A stretch of 64,000 nucleotides of DNA from Ruditapes philippinarum (Eukaryota): assembly GCF_026571515.1 (NCBI RefSeq), contig NW_026867374.1:62001-126000 (forward strand), read 5' to 3'. A program made the position numbers and the translations under genes. The notes under the pieces are model-generated. The model worked only from the letters and a program-made list of their open reading frames with translations. It was not told the DNA's origin and made no database searches. Positions 1-12,185 of this stretch are shown one piece after another (the stretch's first letter is position 1; each line of letters begins with the position of its first letter).

Positions 1-540
1 ATCAAGATGACATGTCGTGACAAAGACCCATATCCCTACCTTCAAGGTCAAGGTCACACTTATAGTTTGAAGGTACTCGTTCTCTCGAGAAGATTTTGAA
101 GATACACATTAATGTACGGACTGTAACTCTGTCATGCATGGAAGGATTTTAAAATAACTTGGCACAAATGTCTACCACATCAAGACAATGTGTCGCGGCT
201 AAGGCTTATGTCCGTCTGTCCGTGTGTCCCCACTTACACAACAATCATGTCCAGACTGTAACATTGTCATGCTTTGAGGGATTTTGAAATAATTTGACAC
301 AAATGTCTATCTCATAACAACATTTTGTCACGTCCAGGAACCACGTTCCTTCTTCAAAGGTCAAGGTCACACTTTTACTTTGAAGGTTCATGCTATCACA
401 ATAAGAGATTACAGGTACAATAATACAAAGAATAATATTAAGCAATTAGTTACTTTCATTCTCTTTTCTTTTCATAATACCTGCATGCTTAAGAAACCTT
501 TTCGGGGGCATTCGTCACTTGGGAGACAGCTCTTGTTCAA
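1..540 (+). mobile_element. Helentron/HINE-like non-autonomous element (3' part) with tandem 'caaggtcaaggtcac' core repeats
   Basis: Repeating units containing aaggtcaaggtcacact and aaataacttggcacaaatgtctacc, a GTCC/GTCT microsatellite at ~210, and an end 'gggggcattcgtcac...gacagctcttgtt' typical of this repeat class. Confidence 0.55.
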
Positions 541-699
541 TCTATCAATTTGTTTACTATTACAAACAAGGAAACAGGTTCGTTTTAAAGAAATTAATAT
601 GTATATATCTTTTAAAGTTTTGTCTTATGTGATGATTTGGATACTGCTGTGCCGACATAGTTAGACTTTTATGTAGAAAAGCGAGGTTATACACTTACC

Positions 700-1830
700 T
701 TTTTATTAAGCCCCAACGGGCGGCATATTGAAATCGCAACGTACGTCTGTCCTTGTTCCCACTTACACAACTTTTATATGCGGACTATGACTTTGTCATG
801 AATTGAAGGATTTTAAAATAATTTGACATACATTTCTAAAACATCGTAATGATATGTCACGTCTTTAAAAGACGTGTGTCCCTACCTCAAAAGTCAAGGT
901 CAGACTTAGAGTTTAAAGGTTCTCATTTTCACAATAAAAGTTTTGAAGGTCCACACATTCGTGTCCGGACCGTAGCTTGGTTAAGCAGGGATGAATTTTG
1001 AAATAACCTAGCATATATGTCTACCACTTGAGGACGACGTGTCGCGTCCAAAACCTATGTCCCTACCTCTAAGGTCAAGGCGACACTTGTAGTTAGAACA
1101 AGAAGAATTTGAAGTACACATCCGTGTCCAGATTGTATCTTTGTCATGGATTTAAAGATTTTAAAATAACTTGGCACAATCATCAATTATCACATCAAGA
1201 CAACGTGTCGCGTGTAAGGCCCATGTCACTACCTAAAAGGCCAATGTCACACTTAGAAGTTGAATGTACACATTAGTATCCGGACTGTTACTATGTGATG
1301 CATTGAAAGATTTTAAATCATTTGGTATACATGTCTACAACATCATGACGATGCGTCGCATTTAAGACCTATGTCCATACCTCAAAAGTCTAGATCAAAT
1401 TTACAGTTTGAAGGTTAACATTCTCACAATTAGAATTTAAAGGTACACGCATTCGAGTCCGAACTGTAACTTTGTCATGCATGGAAGATTTTTGAAATAA
1501 CCATGCATGTCAACCACGTGAAGACGACGTGTCGAGTCCAAGACCCATGTCCCTACCTCCAAGGTCAAGGTCACACTTTTAGTTCGAATGAACTCGTTCT
1601 CAAAAGAAGAGTTTGAAGATACACATTTGTGTGCGGACTGTAACTTTGTCATGCATTAACATTAAAGGATTTTAAAATAACTTGGCATAAAGTTTTACGT
1701 CTTCCACATCAAGGCGGCGTGTCCTAACTAAGGCCCATGCAACTTCATCAAAGGTCAAGGTCACACTTAGAGGTTGAATGTGCACATTCCTGTCAGGACT
1801 GTACCTTTGTCATGCTTTAAAGGATTTTAA
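700..1830 (+). mobile_element. Second Helentron/HINE-like element with ~6 diverged ~150-190 bp core repeats
   Basis: Starts at T-run 'tttttattaagccccaacgggcggcatat', then gtctgtcc, then repeated units (ggactgtaactttgtcatgc...aaggtcaaggtcacac). Confidence 0.55.
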
Positions 1831-2859
1831 GATATAATAAATATACTTATTTTTTTCTTTAATAATTTGGAGTAATACCGACGAACGCACCAATTTTAAT
1901 GACTCCAATGCAGCCGAACAATCTGTAGAATCCGTAGTTTAATTTACTTGATCTATGCAACTTATCCTAAAGTAACTCACGGAGAAATCTCTCTATTGAA
2001 AACATTTTACTTTATAAATTGACTTTTCAATTGAATTCAAACCTATGTCATTGAACTGTATAAATCGATATACACATTTTTGAAAAATAAAAAGGCGAAA
2101 TATGATATTTGAATACGTTTATATATATCTGCGTATATATAATTATATATGTTTACTATGAAACGGGTTTAAATACATAATAGCCAGCTGTTTAGTAATT
2201 ATGTTATCAAAATTCAAGGTTTATGTCAATTTTTTTTAATACTTAACTGATTATTTTGAAAGGGTTTTAAACAGAGGTAAAGTATAATATGTTTTTTTAC
2301 TTATTTCGTTTAACTTACTTCAATTTCATATTACATTTTAAGCATATTCTCTTGTGAAATTGCTCTATGTTAATTCATTTTATACTTCAAAGAACATTCA
2401 GCGAGTATATTAATATATTCCATTGTTCTTTATATATTCAGTTGTAAACTACATTGTATAAGTTTTAGCGTGTTTTCATTTTCCATCTTTGTGTTAAAGA
2501 GAATTCAACATCGCTTTAATTTGTTTACGTTTTCGTTCTAGCACACGCACTATAAGTTATAAAAAATTAAAGCGATACAAATCAATTTCATACGACAAAT
2601 TTTACAAACGCGCCCTGCGCGCACATACAGCCATAGCGAGCAATGTTTTAAACAGTTTTAAGAAAATTGTCAACTTGACGATAATTTTTCTCATATATAT
2701 CATTTTCTATGGATAGGTAAGACCTTTAGTTCTAAAAACAATTATTCAATATATAGTCATGCAAGATCAAGACAGCGACATTCGTGAAATGAAACACAGA
2801 TATAAAGGTTGCTTTTTTAAAATTATTAATGCTTATACATGTATTATGTTTCAGATAAA

Positions 2860-2943
2860 ATGGAAAAGGACGGTTTACCGCCGCCGTTCCCTTTGACCGC
2901 CGATGAGGCAGCTTTCCGTCTTCCTCCACCTTCTTACGAAGAC
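2860..2943 (+). CDS. Gene A coding exon 1: MEKDGLPPPFPLTADEAAFRLPPPSYED (PPSY)
   Basis: tttcag acceptor at 2854, ATG 2860, gtgagt donor 2944; homologous to 20517-20606. Confidence 0.9.
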
Positions 2944-5900
2944 GTGAGTAGCCACTTTTTAAGACAATTTGATAAATTTTTATCGTCGTTTCTTTATCAA
3001 AACTCCATTAAACTTTATATTAAGAAATTTTATTAAATCGAAAGTATCAAAATTATATTGGTATAAAAATTTGGGAGTGAAACATCTTGGTGTAAACTGT
3101 CTTGGGAGTGAAACATGTCTACATTCAAATCTGTGTTAAAGACCACCTCTGAATAAAAATCACCATTTGCATAAAGGCCACTCAGAGACAATCCTTCATT
3201 GATAATAAAGAACAAAGTAACCTCCATATACAGACCACTTGCCTCGCCCTTGGATGACCTTTGTTAACAGGTTTTACTGTACCTGTTTTCAAAATTGCCA
3301 CTTACCGACATCAAGAAAGAGATGTACAGTCGACATAAAGAAAGAGATATACAGTGTAACACTTTGTTTTTTAAGCTTACAGAACTTACTTTATTTTTGA
3401 ATTTATTTATAACTAAAATGAGAAAACATAAACCAACTAGAACGAGATGATGATTTTACTTTTAAATTTAAATTACAAAAGAACATATTTAACTTTATAA
3501 AGTTTAAAGGCACTCCACTGACTTATTTTTACATAACCAGACTGGATATAGTTTTTTCAAGATTATTGATCCATTTGATGAGGGTTAGATCAATAACTTA
3601 TCTGCAAAATTGCAGATCATAGGCCCAGTTCATTTTCCCAGAATAAATATTCATTGTCAAAGTGAAAATTAACCCTAAATTAAAAAGCGTTGCAACGCTT
3701 TTAACTAAAGTCTGAGTAAGAATTATAGGTCAGCAATACGATTTTCAATATTTCTGGGATGTATTTCTTATTTGTCTTTTGCAGACCTTTTTGTTTAAGT
3801 GTCCCAGCTGTTTTTGATGTTGTTCTTTCATGTAATTGGAATTGGAGTTTCTGTAATATTTACAGATTATGGGAGTGTATCAGACATCGATTAAGGAAGT
3901 GGAAATCAGCCGTGATATTCCTACGTTGGCCTATATAGATTTAATGCCAAAATGTATTAGCAGCGGAAATATAGCGGGGAATGTGGCGCCGAAATTTGGG
4001 GACTATAGGTATGCGTATATTTAGGTACAAAGCATCACATACACACGCGCGTGAGCACGTACGCACGCACACACACATGCGCGCGCACACACGTACACAC
4101 GCGCTCGCGCAATCAAGCAAACAACAAAAATGATAAAGACAAAGTTTGCTGTTTGTATAATATAGAGTTTTATATAGAAATAATCATTTTCATTTCGAAA
4201 TGACCGCCTCCGTGGTCGAGGGGTAAGAGTCGGTGACTTCTAATCCGGTTACCTCTCTTGCGTGGTTCAATCCCCGGGAGATGCTTTGGTTGTTTAGCAC
4301 GGAGGAAGGTAGTCTAGTACTGGTGTAACTCTCCAGGAACGATGGTTAGGAAACTACCCGCCTATATGACTGAAATACTGTTGGGGAAAAGTCGTAAATG
4401 AAACAAACAAACAAACGAAAGTTTCATTGTAAATTATGTAGCGAATTAAAAAGTACGAATAAAGTGTATGGACCAAAGGCCTTATAAATACAGTGACCAA
4501 ATGAATTCTTATTAGTAAATGTATAAATGGTCTACTTTTGTACTAAATTAAACACATTTATCAAATCTTAATTACACGTACTTATAACTCTTCTTATATC
4601 AGCACAAAGTAAGCACAAAAAAGATAAATCATAAGACCGGAAAATACTTTAGGAACTAAAGTTTTATTTTACATTACAGTACGCTCATAGACGCGGCAAA
4701 CCGCTTCCTTATAGATAACCCCAACATGGCTATATGGAAATGTGAGTCTGTGACAAAGAAACTAAGCTGGGACAAGAAAGGAACAATAAGTTACGAACTG
4801 AACACCATGATACGTCACGAAGCGACCTTTGGCTTCTTAGTGTTCATTAAAGGCTTAAGGTAAGTTTTCAGAGATCATATCTAATTCCAGATGGCTGAGA
4901 TATATAGATTTAGTTCTCGTTTCATGTTGCATTTTGCATTTTAAGTTACTTAGTTATACATTTTGTATAATTCAAAAGAATGACAACAAAGATTTTAGTA
5001 TAAGTGCATGTGTTTATTTCATAATGTGAACTGTATAATATGACATTAATTTTTATATATTATATTACAATATACATGCAAACTGGACTGGGTGGTAAAT
5101 ATAAGTCAAACTTGATAAATGAGAGTTCTACATGTAATTCTAAACGCGTGCATGCATTATAAGTTGTCATTATTACAAGCTGTCATCATAAAAAGTTGTC
5201 TCAACGCCCAGTGTGCAGAGTTCGAATTTGGTATTTGCCCAGAGCAGATATATACTTATGTATTAAGTAATAAAATGTGAAACATCTGTGCGTTCTCTTT
5301 CCGTTATACGACATTCAGACATGAAGTCTGAGATAAATATACACTTCGTTATGATATCAGCTGAGTTATAAAATACTGATAAGTTTCTTTTAACGCAATT
5401 ACGAGATATTTAACGAAATTTTAAATAGTTTTGAAATCTTATAGCTGAATAAAAATCTTTTTGTTTGAATCTCTTAAGAACATAATTTACTCATCTACAC
5501 CGCTTCAGATTGACAAATCAGAAGCAAGAATGTCCAAGACTTGTTCCCAGCAATAGTTGCTTATTTCTGTTCATACTTATTTTACCCCCGGTTTTAACTG
5601 CTCAAAGTCAATGCTATGACATGTAAAAGTCATTTTTATGATATAAGTACATGTAGTAAGAAGAAAATTGAATATTTTCTGTGATAATCTAACGTATATA
5701 TGTGTTTCAAGGTTATGGCTGACAAAAGACCCGAACCCAAGAGGTCCTCCTCAACAGATCGGTCTGAAGAACATTGTACCTCGCAAGATGTCTGTAGAAA
5801 TGCCTACAAGAAGAGGCTATTATGGGTACGGTTCTGGATCTTATTTTAGCTAGGATAGTGAAATGCTTTTATCATCTGTATTAAACAGGGCCATATTTTA

Positions 5901-8900
5901 CAAAATAACCAAGCTTTTTTAATGTGACATTTAATTTTATTGATTCAACTGTACTTTTGCTAAAATACCCGAATGTTCTTTCCGGCTCTTGTTTGCGGAC
6001 CTTTTGTATACGACGCAAAATAACTCACTCACTCCCTACCGACCGACCGACCGACCGACCAAAAATTAACAAATTCATGTTGGTTTAATCAATTAAGTAA
6101 TTTCGATGGCTTTGTTTTCTTAAGTGGTGGTAAAGTTACCATCGACGGAGAGCAGTACAAAATGACCAATGGCTTTAACCAGATTGAAGTGCTAGAAAAT
6201 CTCCGTGACACTATGGCAAATATGAAGGAAACCCTTGAAAACGACCCATTACCAGGTAAAATACTATACATTTTTTGTATTCATTGAAATTTCCGTAGTC
6301 CACTGTAATAGGTTTAACGTTACAGGGTCCAACACAGGAACAATATACAGAANNNNNNNNNNNNNNNNNNNNNNNNNNNNNNNNNNNNNNNNNNNNNNNN
6401 NNNNNNNNNNNNNNNNNNNNNNNNNNNNNNNNNNNNNNNNNNNNNNNNNNNNNNNNNNNNNNNNNNNNNNNNNNNNNNNNNNNNNNNNNNNNNNNNNNNN
6501 NNNNNNNNNNNNNTGAATCAATGAATAAGTAAATATATGAATAAATCAATCACCAAATTAATGACATGAAGACTTTGCAATTGTTTTTTTTTTTGCATTT
6601 TTTCTTTTTCAGACAATGCATTTTAAATTAGTTTTGATCATATTTTGGTAATGTTTGATTTTTATTGACTCTAGTAATTGAATAAACAGAAATCTTTATT
6701 TATGCTTAAAGTTTAAACTCTAGAGTATCATCATATAGAATTATGCCAGGTCTGTCTCTTCTAACATATGAAATGTATATGTTGATCTAGTTTTTAGACA
6801 TGTGGTTTCATAACTTCATTTACTGGCGGCATGGCCAAGTGGTTAACGCGTCGGCCTAGTAATTTAAGGATCTCTAGCCGTGCATGTTCAAAACCCGTGA
6901 GGGACAAGCCGCAAGATAATTAACATTCTGTACTGGTCGGTTCCAGGAACAGAGAGTGTGTCTATAATTTTGATTTACCTACACAGTCGAACTAAAATAA
7001 ATTCTGTATAAACTAAACACAGGTACAATCTTGACAATCGAAACAGACAGAATAAAAGCATATGACCAGTTCAAGAGTGACCTTGACCCGGAGTCAACAT
7101 CCTGGTCCGAAAACAAATCACGGTTCCGGAGGTTCACACAAGTTATCCGAATATTTTATATAAAGGGGACCCCGGCCAAGGAAGAAATAGGTATTATAAT
7201 GAACTATTCTTAATAATTTTATCTTAACTTTACCAGCTATCATAATAAATGAAGTACTGATATTACAGAAATAGTTCCTCGTCTCTTAGCTTATAATACC
7301 TGGAGCAGTTCTGAACCTTCCTCTATATTCAGTAAGACCATAACGCCGCCGTAGAAAAGTGGTAATGGCAAATTTCTAACTTATCCCGCACTTATGTGGT
7401 TTTGTGTGTGGAACTTATTCATCTAGCTACGGAGGATCGTTGGTTCTACAAAGTTAAGATAATGTAAAGGCCGCTTTCAGTGAAGTCCATTGTGGCGGAG
7501 AGTTGCCTTTATAGGTTGAGGCCTCAGAATTTCAGCCACCGTTTAACCCTGCGTGATCGTAAGAGGAGACAAAATCTAAATGTGTTCGTATTACTGGAGT
7601 CTATGAATCTCTAAGCTCCAGCAGATGAGGTGGTTTTGAACCCAGGTGTTGTGTAATACCGAGGTTTGCTAATATCGTCTTTACCGTTTCGTCGCCATAT
7701 GACCGAAACTGTTTTAGTGCAAAAAATAATAAAAATGAATACATAAATAAATAAATGAATATATAAAATATTCTAGAAAATATTTAAAAAAATAAATCAG
7801 TGAAGTTTGAAAGCTGTCAGTGTATAAGTTGCATTGTCACATTACTCATAAAATCGGCGAGTTTCTAGTCATACTGGTACTGGTCGCAGCCCTACAGTAT
7901 GACCTATAGAAGGTGGCATCATATGTCCCTCTGTGCCGAAGATACCGATAATTAATTTTTTGAAACATTTAAAACTAATTCAAGCTGAATTTTGAATTTG
8001 ATTTTGATTTAGATTTTTGTCTATTGAAAAGTAACAAATATCAGGACACCAGGTGCTATGTAAACTCTGACATCTATGTATATGATAGGTTATGAAGAAT
8101 TTGTACCAGAGGTATGTGCTGTGGGTGACTCCCTCAAACCTGCCCAGTTCGAACCGTTCGAGAACCTCATGACCCGGCTTGCTTATTGGGTATCAGCTAA
8201 TAAGGTAAGGCACAATTTTCAGTTCTGAACCAGGATTTGCATCAGTAAAAATTGAGCAAAACGTTATTTAAATTTGCATGCCTCCAGATGAGCCAAAATA
8301 TTTCAAGAAAATCAAACTCGAGAAAAATGTTTTAAGATTTTAAGAAAAGATTGACATGTTAACTGCAGTTAATGACTGATTTTGCAGTATTTATCACCAA
8401 ATTTCTGCTGCGTGACTAACGCATTAAGGGCTATTTTTGCATGTTTTGTCCCCTTTTTTGGTAATACACGTGGATTGTCAGTGCCGTTTTCAATCTTTGT
8501 TCAATTCACAATATTTTACTATAAAATTTACTTTTTCATGGACATAAGCATGAATCTGCAGGCACGCTGCTTTAAAATACCTGTCGGGTACACTTGCGAT
8601 TAAGTTAAATTGTTATCAAGGCAAATGGACGTACTCAGGCAGTTTACGGTTTCAGGTTTTTGGACAATTATGATAGCTAGATTTCGTTAGCTATGATATA
8701 CAACTCAAGCCGACTGAAACTTTATTTAGTTTGTTGTTACACCTTATATAAATGTTACACCTTATATAAACCAATGAATTGAATTAAATCGGAACAGTAA
8801 CTAAAGCGAACGTTCTGTCATATTTAAGCTGCAGACCAAAGTTGTAATGCAGTATACATGTATTCATTATTTGCATACATGAATTTTGAATGAATGCTTT

Positions 8901-11900
8901 CTTAAATCTTAAGATACGTAGATAGGTAGGTAACGGACATAAAATTAAATTCACAGTATCACTTTGAGAATATTAAAGTCGGATAGATTGTTATTTTTAA
9001 CTGCTTTTAATGCTTTCAGGGACAACGTATTGTGAATATTCAACAGTATGACGCCATAGTGAATAAATATTTTCGTGAGTTTTTACATTTATACTCGTAT
9101 AAAGCTATATACTTGAATAAGATTTATCCTCACATCTTTTAGTAAATAAATTGTGGTTTTTGTTGTTGAGTTTGTCTTGTTTTAAGTGTTTTGGTATGCC
9201 TAATGTATGTGTGTATGTGTGTGTGTGCACGCGCGCGTTCGTGCGTCCGTGTGCGTGTGTGCATGTCTGTCTGTCTGTGTGTTAACTCCATACTTTACAA
9301 GAATGATGTCGATTTAGGTTTGTTTTGTTGTTTAAGATATCAATCAAGTAGACCTATACCACTTTCATGTGCTATGTTTATAACATAAGTTAACTTAAGT
9401 AAGATTACTTCTCTATTTCACAGACGATGTAGAGGTCTGTTCTGACTCTACGGACGATTTCATCTCAACGTTCCAAGAGCAGCGTTTTGCGCGGACACTT
9501 CGAGTATTCTACACCAAGTCGTCTGCTGTGCGCGCGCTTCCCGCCAATTTCATAACATGTCGTCTGTTTATACCCGCGCGCACTGGTCCCCGAACTTTTG
9601 AATGTATGACACAGACGATGAACAGGATTGATGCCTGGCTCAATGTGACCGGTAACTTCTAGATCACCTTACATAATCAAACAACTGTTTTGGTTTGTCC
9701 TAAAGATAGTTTAAGTTTACTTAACCCAATACCCGTTATACACGCCTTTTAACGCCTTTTTCACCCCCACCCAAATGGTGAAAATGCCTTATTTAGGCCC
9801 CAACACATGTTTTTGTCTGAGGAGAAATGTTGCTTAAAAATAGACCACTTTTTTTGGCGCCGCCCCCATCCAAAAGATACATCAGGGGTTGCCAGAAGGG
9901 GGACGTGCCCCCTTCTGTTTGGAGGTTCATCGCCAAAAAATGTTTGGACTTGAAAGAGGCTAAAAATGACACCAGGTCGATCATAAGGTAACTTGTAACC
10001 AACGCTGGAAAGCCTTTAATTGTCTCTATCTCTATCCATTGAGAAGTTAATCAATTTTGATGGAAAAAATCATAGCAAAATAGTGACTTTTGGCAATTTT
10101 GAGATGTCCCCTCGTTGCCATGGTAACAGAAAATTTTACACTGAGCATGTCGTTACAAAGGCAGTGGTCCAGTTAACATTTGTGCCAAGTTTGATTAGTA
10201 TTGAAGCAGTTTTTATAGTTTTATAGCATTTTGAATTTGTAACGGGAGACTTTTCAATGAAAACAGTCATTTTTCACAAAATGCTCATGAAGTAATGGGT
10301 TAATAATACTAAACGTCCAGAAGAGATTCAAAATATCCTTCATTGCATTTTAAGACAGCGAATGATTAGTATTACCACGGATTTATATTACATCATCTTC
10401 GAGACATCGACCTTAGGGTACTATTTGATATACTGGGAGTCACATCTCTAACCTTAAGGTGCAGCGTCAGTGACACTCAGTCCATCCTTACACCACAGCT
10501 AGTTGTGTCCAACTAAGCATTCAATACCTCACGTTCACTATTTTTTTTGGCTTTGTTTTACTGGTAATCATAAGCACATATTGAATATACAATACATAGG
10601 ATATAAATCAAACTATCATAGAATGAAACTATTTTAGGGTGTATTTGTCTGAACATCTTTCATTCCAGTTTGGAGTTGTAATTGTTTTAAGAGAGGCAAC
10701 CAATCTCGTGATGTGATGCATTCCATAACCTTATATATGCACGGGGATCAATTGGCCGTGTACTTTCATTGTTTGCTTCTCAGTAAACATAAAACGGATT
10801 CGAGCCCTACTAGGGAAAATGCCATCAACGATGGCCTTACCAACTGGTTATTTCCAGGAAGAGGACTCTATCTAGAGTCATTCAGATAAAATTCAAGCTT
10901 TCATTACGATTGAGCTAAACTAAATATCTTTGAACTAAAAACTAAGGTATCCACTGGTGAAGCTTATATCAATATTACTTTCTGTCTCGACTTTGCCTGA
11001 ACTAGTTCATGGTATGTAGCTTATAGCTTTCAGCAGTTAAGCAGGAAAGTCGCAATATGACATCCTATCCCGTAAATGTCGAAAGTATTTGGTGACGTTT
11101 GAAGTAACTTGCTAATTGTTTTTTTCAGGTCTGCCTATATTTTCTGTGGAGACTGTAGAGTTATTGTTCAATGATCATACCCCACTGGGAGCAGATTGTG
11201 TGAAATCGGACTACAAGGCACAACAATTGTCGGGCAAACACTGGATAACAGCTATCAGGTAGCTTTAATGAGTTGATACTGTAAAACCCGTGTCAGACAT
11301 CATTTCTGAATCTAGGAATCCTTTTACAAGGAACCTCAATCTACATTTTTTTCTCGTGATCGATTTTATTTTACGATTACAGGTCATGGTCCAGGTTTTA
11401 ATAATGTAATTTTCGGACAAACAAGGGTATATATTACATTATGTAGTAAATACATACACCATAGGACGAACTGCATGCTTGTTAATTTTTAATATTTTCT
11501 TGTTATTTTACAAACAACATTTGAACTCCTAGTAAAACATTCACAACTTATATTAGCAATTGTCATAAACAACTAAGGAAAACACAATCAGGTTTTACAG
11601 TTTCTTTCTTTATCATAGTCTCATCTATCGTATATAAACAATTTGCATATAAAACATTGGCGCACAGACAATGAAAATCATATTCTGTTAAGCAATTCTT
11701 AGACTGATTAGAGGGATAACTCTTCAGCACATATTACTTTAGTGAAGATTCACTGCAGATTTGTCTCCCTTATTTGTTCATTAGAACAACACCTGATGAA
11801 AGTTATTATTTTCATGACAGTTACAATTTTTACTAAAACATTTCAGATATTCTCACACTGTATGAAATCGAATTACCTTTGATGTAAGCCGGTACATGTG

Positions 11901-12185
11901 TATTACATTACAGGAATAACAAAGTCAGTTTATTTTTTAGATGAAAATCAGAAGTTGTATTGTATACTGACTTTGATATTAATTATATCTAACCGATAAA
12001 CCCAGGGTCCTATTGTTCTTTTTTTTTAATTTGCTAAGAGATAATTAAATCTTAATAAATATTTATATATATATTTAAGGGTATACTTCACTACGCCGTT
12101 CAGTGAGCCTAACCTGGATCTTTTACCCCCACTACCAGTGTACATGACCGGCGGATCAAAGTCGAAATCGTGCAATATTCTTTGA
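2860..12185 (+). CDS. Gene A: uncharacterised 484-aa protein with N-terminal PPxY, four ~100-aa repeats and C-terminal CaaX (CNIL); 11 coding exons
   Basis: Exons 2860-2943, 3866-4008, 4680-4859, 5712-5825, 6125-6255, 7023-7190, 8089-8204, 9020-9074, 9424-9651, 11129-11258, 12080-12185. All introns are GT-AG with matching phases (0,2,2,2,1,1,0,1,1,2). The spliced 1455 nt is open to TGA. Every exon has a homologous counterpart in gene B. Confidence 0.9.
3122..3279. mobile_element. Tc1/mariner-type MITE (degenerate)
   Basis: TA flanks; left end cattcaaatctgtgttaa is an imperfect inverted match to right end ttaacaggttttactg; internal gaccac repeats. Confidence 0.45.
3507..3730 (+). mobile_element. 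Kolobok-like MITE fragment; related inverted copy at ~17690-17895
   Basis: ttaa|aggcactccactga start; internal aaagcgttgcaa also present near 17700; the other copy ends tcagtggattccct|ttaa. Confidence 0.4.
3866..4008 (+). CDS. Gene A exon 2: IMGVYQTSIKEV...APKFGDY
   Basis: tttacag / gtatgc boundaries; 143 nt, same length as gene B exon 2. Confidence 0.9.
4040..4110. repeat. (CA)/(CG) alternating purine-pyrimidine microsatellite
   Basis: acacacgcgcgtgagcacgtacgcacgcacacacacatgcgcgcgcacac seen directly. Confidence 0.8.
4202..4416 (+). mobile_element. tRNA-derived SINE
   Basis: A-box-like gtggtcgaggggt, B-box-like ggttcaatccc, 3' 'cgcctatatgactgaaatactgtt' and (AAAC)n tail. Confidence 0.75.
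4680..4859 (+). CDS. Gene A exon 3: TLIDAANRFL...FIKGL
   Basis: ttacag / gtaagt boundaries; homologous to the 5' part of gene B exon 3. Confidence 0.9.
5712..5825 (+). CDS. Gene A exon 4: LWLTKDPNPRGPPQQIG...RRGYY
   Basis: ttcaag / gtacgg boundaries; homologous to the 3' part of gene B exon 3. Confidence 0.85.
6125..6255 (+). CDS. Gene A exon 5: GGKVTIDGE...LENDPLP
   Basis: ttttcttaag acceptor (alternative in-frame AG at 6097), gtaaaa donor; ends DPLP versus DPIP in gene B. Confidence 0.8.
6353..6513. other. Assembly gap (N run) in gene A intron 5
   Basis: 161 Ns. Confidence 1.
6822..7018 (+). mobile_element. tRNA-derived SINE abutting the gene A exon 6 acceptor
   Basis: tggccaagtggttaa A-box, gttcaaaaccc B-box, 'ctggtcggttccaggaac' core, tail aaataaattctgtataaactaaac. 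Confidence 0.75.
7023..7190 (+). CDS. Gene A exon 6: TILTIETD...VIRIFYIKGTPAKEEI
   Basis: cacag / gtatta boundaries; 168 nt, same as the gene B counterpart. Confidence 0.9.
8089..8204 (+). CDS. Gene A exon 7: YEEFVPEV...AYWVSANK
   Basis: gatag / gtaagg boundaries; homologous to 24428-24546. Confidence 0.85.
8272..8571 (+). mobile_element. Kolobok-like MITE (TTAA target); second copy at 35777-36106
   Basis: TTAA on both sides; internal sequence (cagatgagc..., cagtatttatcacca...tgtgactaac) shared with 35777-36106. Confidence 0.6.
9020..9074 (+). CDS. Gene A exon 8: GQRIVNIQQYDAIVNKYF
   Basis: tttcag / gtgagt boundaries; 55 nt, as in gene B. Confidence 0.9.
9205..9282. repeat. (GT)/(GC) microsatellite
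   Basis: tatgtgtgtatgtgtgtgtgtgcacgcgcgcg... seen directly. Confidence 0.8.
9424..9651 (+). CDS. Gene A exon 9: DVEVCSDSTDD...RIDAWLNVT
   Basis: ttcacag / gtaact boundaries; open frame; 3' half highly similar to gene B. Confidence 0.9.
9725..10299. mobile_element. piggyBac-like non-autonomous DNA transposon
   Basis: TTAA|CCCAATAC ... GTAATGGG|TTAA: CCC-initiated short TIRs with TTAA duplication. Confidence 0.65.
10750..10940 (+). mobile_element. Degenerate SINE, same family as 6822-7018
   Basis: ggattcgagccc B-box, ctggttatttccaggaa core, gagctaaactaaat tail. Confidence 0.55.
11129..11258 (+). CDS. Gene A exon 10: LPIFSVETVELLF...GKHWITAI
   Basis: ttttcag / gtagct boundaries; 130 nt, as in gene B. 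Confidence 0.9.
12080..12185 (+). CDS. Gene A exon 11: VYFTTPFSEP...LPPLPVYMTGGSKSKSCNIL* (CaaX)
   Basis: tttaag acceptor; TGA at 12183-12185; homologous to 27027-27126. Confidence 0.9.

Noticed and set aside
6211-6549. ORFs spanning N runs (also 18333-18849)
   Set aside because: Artefacts of assembly gaps. The first gap does not need to hold an exon, because exons 5 and 6 join in phase as in gene B.
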